Shown: in pieces, positions 1-5,022 of the stretch
Layout: each line of letters starts with the position of its first letter
How positions within the stretch are numbered: the stretch's first letter is position 1
Assembly (NCBI RefSeq): GCF_006345805.1
Contig: NW_021830346.1
Coordinates: forward strand, 1 to 5,022
Length of the DNA: 5,022 nt
Origin: Octopus sinensis
Lineage: Eukaryota
Direction: 5' to 3'
The notes under the pieces: generated by a model
Databases searched by the model: none
Told to the model about the DNA's origin: nothing
What the model saw: the letters and a program-made list of their open reading frames with translations, nothing else
Position numbers and translations under genes: made by a program

Positions 1-13
1 AACGCAAATATAA

Positions 14-50
14 AATATATATAATATATATATATACATATATATATACA
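14..50. repeat. (TA)n microsatellite, imperfect
   Basis: Alternating TA run read directly, with a few CA and AA interruptions. Confidence 0.85.
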
Positions 51-306
51 GAGAAAATAAATTACTAAAACATGACAAACAAGTAACTATCAAATAAAAA
101 GCAGACAAAAACCAAATAAAGCACAAGTAAAAAAGAAAAAAGAGAAGGACGATAATGGTTGTTAATCTGAAAATGAATGAGTTTCGAACAGAAAAAAAAA
201 CAACAAAATACATAAAAGGAAAGAAATGCAGAGATCGGTTAAGCCTCTAGGTTTACGTGAATTCGACCTTTTTGTTGTAATTGTGTAGTCTATAGCGATA
301 CATCTC

Positions 307-308
307 TA

Positions 309-343
<35 letters not shown>
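307..343. repeat. (TA)n microsatellite; a short (TGT)n run follows at 376-390
   Basis: Read directly. These runs produce the YIYI and CCCC tracts of the spurious ORF 312..509. Confidence 0.9.
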
Positions 344-345
<2 letters not shown>

Positions 346-620
346 CAGCATTTCAGTATATATGTAAGGTTCTGTGTTGTTGTTGTTGTTATCATTGCTT
401 TTGTTGCTGTCTTTGTTACCTTGTTTCAGTAAAGTACATACAAATTGGCCGTCACGTTAATGTTATTAATACCAAGTCTAGCAGTAAATTATCGGAGTCC
501 GGGAATTAACGGAGTTGTTGTCTCGAACACACTTCCTGGTTATTATTCATTCTGATTCCTTATGTTTTGGGATCCAATCTCACATAAGCCCAATTGTTGT
601 CTTTTTTTATTTTTCAAGGG

Positions 621-775
621 TTACCGTTCACTTGGAATGCGGTCATACTGGGGCACCGCCTCGTAGAACTTTATTTGAATGAATCGATTCCAGTTCTAGT
701 TTTTTGCGGAACCGGTAAGCCACGGGGGCATAAACACACAAACACCTGTTGTGGACAAACACACACACACACAAA
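621..775 (-). mobile_element. Diverged 3' portion of an octopus-type tRNA-derived SINE (tRNA head absent)
   Basis: Blocks TGCGGTCATACTGGGGCACCGCC (638-660), AATCGATTCCAG, TTTTGCGGAACCGGTAAGCCACGGGGGCATAAACACAC and GGACAAACACACAC occur in the order I recall for the reverse complement of the abundant Octopus SINE body (TGCGGCCATGCTGGAGCACCGCC...TTTTGCCGAACCGCTAAGTTACGGGGACGTAAACACAC...GGACAAACACAGAC). The match is from memory, not from a search. Boundaries are approximate. Confidence 0.7.
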
Positions 776-827
776 TACATATTTATATAATATATATATA
801 TTATATATATATTATATATATATATAT
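776..827. repeat. (TA)n microsatellite, imperfect
   Basis: Read directly. It follows the (CA)n run at the edge of the SINE fragment. Confidence 0.9.
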
Positions 828-1285
828 GACAGAAGAAAAGAAAATGTTAGTAGCATCAAGTTGGTCATTCTTCGCTCTTACAAGCTCTTTCTGTTTCAAA
901 ATACTCAGTAATTTAATTACAAATTTGTACATTAAATTTAAATTTATGTGACATGAGTATAATTTCACCAGAGGAAAAAAATGTAGCTTTGGACGTTATA
1001 TGTGCATCTATTAATTCATTTTGTATGTTGGCTTATCAATTCATTTTATCAGACTTTATTAATTGAAACAGCTGTAAGAAGCGAAGATGACCGATTTGTT
1101 GTTAATAATAAACAATCATTAACTTCCTAATCTCCATTTTTGCCTTTTAAACGGATATAAGCTATATGCTTTATATATATTTGTTATTTTAAGGAATTTC
1201 ATTCTTCAAAAAGACATGTTATTTCACCAGTATTTCCGTGGATGAAACCATCACTTCATGAGGTTAACATATCCTCTAATTAAAT

Positions 1286-1286
<1 letters not shown>

Positions 1287-1349
<63 letters not shown>

Positions 1350-1500
1350 ATCTATCTATCTATCTATCTATCTATATATCTATCTATCTATCCCTCTATC
1401 TATCTATCTATCTATCTATCTATATATCTATCTATCTATCTACTATCTATCTATCTATCTCTATATATATATCTATTATATATATATCTATATATATATT

Positions 1501-1535
<35 letters not shown>

Positions 1536-1538
1536 TAT
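1287..1538. repeat. Compound microsatellite: (TATC)n grading into (TA)n
   Basis: About 170 nt of TATC units followed by a TA-rich run. It produces the spurious IYLS-repeat ORF 1258..1512. Confidence 0.95.
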
Positions 1539-1554
1539 ATTTATTATATAGAGG

Positions 1555-1605
1555 AGCTTCGACAGGACTAGAACTGTTTCATTCAAGAGAAATCTTCAGG
1601 AAGCT
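1555..1605 (-). ncRNA. Type I hammerhead ribozyme motif, - strand, predicted cleavage after GUC (position 1561)
   Basis: Mirror image of the + strand motif. CUGAAGA at 1599-1593, GAAA at 1580-1577, stem III ACAG/CUGU, and stem I AGCUUC/GAAGCU. The triplet is the canonical GUC (1563-1561) because position 1561 is G on the + strand. Confidence 0.8.
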
Positions 1606-1652
1606 TCCTGAAGATTTCTCTTGAATGAAACAGTTCTAGTCCTGTAGAAGCT
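1602..1652 (+). ncRNA. Type I hammerhead ribozyme motif, + strand, predicted cleavage after GUA (A1646)
   Basis: Stem I AGCUUC (1602-1607)/GAAGCU (1647-1652), extendable by AGG/CCU around one bulged A. Core CUGAAGA at 1608-1614. Stem II UUC/GAA with loop UCUU and a U.U pair at its base (1615-1626). GAAA at 1627-1630. Stem III ACAG (1630-1633)/CUGU (1642-1645) with loop UUCUAGUC. NUH triplet is GUA. All conserved core nucleotides are present; activity is untested. Confidence 0.8.
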
Positions 1653-1799
1653 CCTTCTATATAATAAATTAATTTTACTCTGCTATGTATTGAGTACCTT
1701 ATTTACTGTGGTTAACCCCGAATCAACCCGGGACCTACATATATAATTAGATATTATATATATATACATGCAACATCCATACATAAATACATTACATAC

Positions 1800-1800
<1 letters not shown>

Positions 1801-1835
<35 letters not shown>

Positions 1836-1882
1836 TATAATAATAAAATAATAATAATAATAATAATATATAATAATAAAAA

Positions 1883-1928
<46 letters not shown>

Positions 1929-1966
1929 GTAATAATAACAACAAAAACAACAACAACAACAACAAC
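1801..1966. repeat. Compound microsatellite (TAA)n followed by (CAA)n
   Basis: Read directly. It produces the poly-Tyr and poly-Cys tracts of the spurious ORF 1683..2018. Confidence 0.95.
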
Positions 1967-2150
1967 ATAAAAAATCTCTTAGGAATGAGAACCCAGGTTC
2001 AAAATTTGTCCAAGACACCCGATGGAGGCTGGAGGGTATATCAGCCGAAACGTTGTGTTAACAACAAACAAGATGAGGAAAAATATCTGTCAAATGTAAA
2101 TAATGTAAAGGATTTACATAATTCCTCATCTCTTAACTATAGAACTGTAT
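1967..2150 (+). mobile_element. Penelope-like element (PLE) terminal-repeat (pLTR) fragment
   Basis: Non-coding segment abutting a (TAA)n/(CAA)n tract. It carries a minimal hammerhead of the kind known from PLE pLTRs and a downstream hairpin, and it resembles from memory a very common Octopus repeat. No RT or GIY-YIG coding sequence is visible, so the PLE assignment is inferred. Confidence 0.6.
2014..2059 (+). ncRNA. Degenerate minimal type I hammerhead ribozyme motif (PLE type)
   Basis: Stem I GACAC (2014-2018)/GUGUU (2055-2059). Core reads CCGAUGGA (2019-2026) instead of CUGAUGA. Stem II GGCUGG (2027-2032)/UCAGCC (2041-2046). GAAA at 2047-2050. Stem III is reduced to the palindrome ACGU (2050-2053), and the triplet is GUU (cut after 2054). 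The core substitutions suggest this copy is impaired. Confidence 0.65.
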
Positions 2151-2185
2151 CATGATTGTGTTCTTTTGAGTGCCTTAGCACCATT

Positions 2186-2269
2186 CCTGTATTTATTCAG
2201 GGATTACTCTGTGGCTTCGGAGAGTTTTGACTCTTATTTTTAGCAAAGCAGGTTCTTATTGAGTACCCT
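2186..2269 (+). repeat. Diverged direct repeat, copy 1 of 2
   Basis: Hand alignment to 2615-2696 gives about 66 of 84 identical positions with 2 gaps. Shared blocks include GTTTTGACTC, TTTAGCAAA, CTTATT and GTACCCT. Confidence 0.85.
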
Positions 2270-2614
2270 AATATATATATTGAGTACCTTACTATATTCA
2301 AATATATTTCTATATTTCATATATATTTATGAATTTTGTCTATTCGGTTTTTATGCTTGAGGCCACAATGTTCTTTTATATTTTTAAATAATTTCACATA
2401 GTCCGCTTGCTTCAATGATGCTTGGGCAATCACACGAACGTAGGCATTAATGTAGCGAATGTGAGTAATTGTTACAAGTAGATCTAGCAGAGATGAATTG
2501 AGTGACTTTGGCGCTAAATTCGAAATCCTGTTATCAGATTAACTGACATTCCTTTTGCAACCTTTGCGGAGATAAGACGCAATTCTCATTCGCTTAAATA
2601 TTTTTCCTATTATG

Positions 2615-2696
2615 CCTGTTTTTATTTAGTGATTCTTCGTGACTTAGGAATGTTTTGACTCCTAAATTTAGCAAAACAGTGCTTATTTGGTACCCT
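2615..2696 (+). repeat. Diverged direct repeat, copy 2 of 2
   Basis: Aligns to 2186-2269. Both copies end in GTACCCT followed almost immediately by a (TA)n run. Confidence 0.85.
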
Positions 2697-2700
2697 TATT

Positions 2701-2752
<52 letters not shown>

Positions 2753-2801
2753 TATGATATATATATATGAATGTATGTATATATGTATGTATGTATATAT
2801 A
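2697..2801. repeat. (TA)n/(TATG)n microsatellite
   Basis: Read directly. Confidence 0.9.
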
Positions 2802-3345
2802 GCCTTCGCGTAAACATTTGTTTCGTTTTGTTCTCTTACTGTTATCATCTTATAATCATCTCTAATAATAACCCTTATGACTCGTATTACTACCTCGGTC
2901 AATCTAAAAGTATATATTTGTCATTACCTGTCATAAATAGCCTTTTTCTATTTGCAATATGCATTTTCCTTGATTTTTCATATTTTACTCTTACATTTCC
3001 ACGTGTATTTTATATTTTCTTTTCGTAACATATTTCTAGTATATATGTGTTTATATATTTATTCATAGAGAGAGGGGCATTTATGCGATTAAATAAATTA
3101 AATGTAAAAGGTTGGGTTTGATATACAAAATATGTATATATGTATACATGCAAAACGAAAGAAGGCAAAGACCGAAGATTTTCAGACGATCAATATTTAA
3201 GTATATATATATATATATATTCATATATTAATAGAGCAAACTTACACGGAGTACAAACGACAATGAAAATTAAAGGAGAGGAAATTATAACTCAGTGTCT
3301 TCTATACTGAGAATCTTTGGATCTCATCTGTTGACACCACACACA

Positions 3346-4033
3346 CAGTGTGTTCGGGCTAAATTTGACAGTTTGCATAACAGAAATCTAAACAAATTAT
3401 TTTTTTAAATCCCCAAAATATCAACTAGATGATGGCTGGGAGGTAACAGTTTGCCCAAAGTAGCTGCCTTCGTCTTCCATCACGAACTCAAGACGGCTCC
3501 GGAACCTAGCACACTTGTTCCTCACTGTGTCCCAAGGAAGATCCCCTTATACTCTATTGAGATTAGCCACTATCCTAGTCTTGGTTTTGCAGACAGAGCG
3601 GTTGATGTCTTTCTCAACTGCATTCTAACAAATAATAATCTATGATGTTACAATTGGGGAAATTAGGAGGTCAAAAATTTGGGCTAGTGAAGTAGAAATT
3701 CTCCGAAAACCACTTCTGAATCTGTCCGGAGTTGTGGCACGGAACCGGATTTTGCTAACACACGTAATGCCATCCAGGACAAACCTTCTCCAGTCGTGAA
3801 TTGACCAGTCTCCAGCAGTTTTACATAGTCATCTGAATTAAGCCTAAGGACCTGTTCAATGATGTGGGGCGGCGGCATGGCAGCACCGTCACCGGAAACA
3901 CACTCAAGGACCATCGCAGTTTGGGAGAACTTGGTTTCCATGGTGTTCTGTTACAGCGTACAGCTTTTCCAAGTTTCACAGATCATTGTGCAGTAGTCAT
4001 GATGTCGGCTTTTTGAACCCCGGCTTGGATGGA
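3346..4033 (-). mobile_element. Decayed IS630-Tc1-mariner DNA transposon, DD37D/maT-like, internally deleted, 5' end not found
   Basis: Transposase remnant on the - strand plus a candidate terminal inverted repeat CAGTGTGTTCGGGCTAAATTTGACAG starting at 3346, which resembles the CAGGGTG start typical of this group. No matching second TIR was seen downstream in the window. Confidence 0.8.
3451..4033 (-). pseudogene. Tc1/mariner-superfamily (DD37D-like) transposase pseudogene
   Basis: Hand translation across frameshifts near 3806 and 3622: METKFSQTAMVLECVSGDGAAMPPPHIIEQVLRLNSDDYVKLLET / VNSRLEKVCPGWHYVC*QNPVPCHNSGQIQKWFSENFYFTSPNF*PPNFPNCNIIDYY / AVEKDINRSVCKTKTRIVANLNRV*GDLPWDTVRNKCARFRSRLEFVMEDEGSYFG. 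These correspond to the family motifs QQDSAPCH, WPPNSPDCNPxDYY and CxRFRSRxEAVxxAxGGYxE. In-frame stops occur at 3755-3757, 3671-3673 and 3547-3549. The second catalytic Asp reads Asn (3749-3751), with 36 codons between it and the third Asp (3638-3640). The upstream segment SIQAGVQKADIMTTAQ*SVKLGKAVR (4033 to ~3956) is a less certain N-terminal remnant. Confidence 0.88.
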
Positions 4034-4529
4034 TCAGGATACAGGTAACCTCACAATCCTAAACTAAAAAAGGCAAGAAACGAATGTCCGATTGTAAATA
4101 CTACAGTGGTTAGAATTAACACAAAAGTCATAGGCTTACAAAACGATAGCGTATAGTATATTAATGAATGATAACATTAGCTTTTCATTTTTTATTTCCC
4201 AGCAGGCAGATGGAGGAGACACCGAGGCATATTTCGGATGCGTTCAGACCTCATTAGCGAGAAATAACTTCAAACACAAAACAGAAACAAAATAATGTAT
4301 TTTTGTTTAGCTATCAACCGAACCGACTGCATCAATGACTGATATCGCATTAGAAGGATGTGCCTCAAAAAGACAAAGTAACAAAATAAGAGCGCAGACA
4401 ATCAAACCCATCACACACACAAGCGCGTGCATACACACGGACAGACAAATGTAAAGTATTTCCCCGAGACGTGACCCTAGTACATCCGTTAATGCTAAAT
4501 AGTCCAGCAGACTAAAACACTTACATAAT

Positions 4530-5022
4530 GAATATGTGTGTGTGTATGCATGTATGTATACATATATATGCATATATATATATATATACACACACGCACA
4601 CACATGTACACACATATATACATCAAATATATAAATATTTATATACATATATTGAGAGACAGACAGACAAATAGATAGTTACATACATACATACATACAA
4701 ACATACAGTGTGTGTATGTATGCATGTATACATATATATGCATAGTTATGCTTATATATATGTATATAGGAATAAATATACATTATGCAAATGTATATAT
4801 AATATATATTATATATATATATATACGTATGCATATATATATATATATATATACCGTATGCATATATATATATCTATATATATATATATATACGTATGCA
4901 TATATACATAATATATATATATATATATATATATATACGTATGCATATATATATATTATCCTATATATATATATATATATATATTACATGTATGTACATA
5001 TGTAGACACATACACACACAAC
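4530..5022. repeat. Extended compound microsatellite region (TA, CA/TG, TACA, GACA units)
   Basis: Read directly. It produces the low-complexity ORFs 4708..4911 and 4712..5005 and the start of 4307..4648. Confidence 0.95.

Larger units (their letters stand above)
1539..1669. repeat. Long loop-less inverted repeat (palindrome) centred on AAGCTT (1601-1606)
   Basis: 1562-1645 (84 nt) is a perfect palindrome. Pairing extends to 1539/1669 with one mismatch (G1561/A1646) and one extra T (1655/1656) in the right arm. Confidence 0.98.

Noticed and set aside
480-620. Possible highly decayed second SINE (tRNA-like head) on the + strand
   Set aside because: The resemblance is only vague from memory, with no clear A or B box, so it cannot be supported without a search.
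312-951. ORFs 312..509, 594..911 and 751..951
   Set aside because: They run through TA, TGT and CA microsatellites and a SINE fragment, giving low-complexity products with no recognisable domain.
1539-1669. Palindrome as a MITE or pre-miRNA
   Set aside because: It has no spacer or terminal loop and no clear target-site duplication, and the right arm continues into a unique tail. The hammerhead content explains it better, although these alternatives are not formally excluded.
1258-2018. ORFs 1258..1512 (IYLS repeats) and 1683..2018 (poly-Tyr/Cys)
   Set aside because: They are direct translations of (TATC)n, (TAA)n and (CAA)n tracts that lack stops in one frame.
2699-3028. ORFs 2699..2902 and 2771..3028
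   Set aside because: Short, AT-rich and partly microsatellite, with no motif or convincing exon evidence.
3451-3645. + strand ORF 3451..3645
   Set aside because: It is the antisense shadow of the transposase pseudogene C-terminus.
3684-3941. ORF 3684..3941 as an intact gene
   Set aside because: Only the first ~45 codons are in the transposase frame; the rest is out of frame after a frameshift, so it is part of the pseudogene.
4101-4110. TACAGTGG at 4102-4109 as the second transposon TIR
   Set aside because: It is in the same orientation as the 3346 terminus rather than inverted, and similarity stops after CAGTG.
4285-4308. Short inverted repeat AAACAAAA/TTTTGTTT
   Set aside because: Low-complexity and expected by chance in AT-rich DNA.
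4826-4944. CRISPR-like repeat-spacer pattern
   Set aside because: The repeat is only 7 nt, the spacers are just TA runs, the context is eukaryotic, and no cas genes are present.
4307-5005. ORFs 4307..4648, 4708..4911 and 4712..5005
   Set aside because: Largely or wholly derived from dinucleotide repeats.

Overview
AT-rich, microsatellite-dense, non-coding eukaryotic DNA. From recall of its SINE and Penelope-type repeats it is probably from an octopus or other coleoid cephalopod; this is an inference. No intact protein-coding gene is supported: most listed ORFs come from simple repeats, and the rest are repeat or transposon remnants. The main signal is a 131-nt loop-less palindrome (1539-1669, centred on AAGCTT). 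Each half encodes a complete type I hammerhead ribozyme fold, one per strand, arranged back to back and overlapping in stem I. The only substitution between the arms falls on the cleavage-site nucleotide (GUA on +, GUC on -). About 360 nt downstream is a Penelope-like terminal-repeat fragment with a degenerate minimal hammerhead (2014-2059), and two weaker hammerhead-like remnants occur at ~1065 and ~4218-4257. The window also holds a decayed, internally deleted Tc1/mariner (DD37D/maT-like) transposon on the - strand (3346-4033), a SINE 3' fragment (~621-775), a pair of diverged ~83-nt direct repeats ending in GTACCCT next to (TA)n, and many microsatellites.
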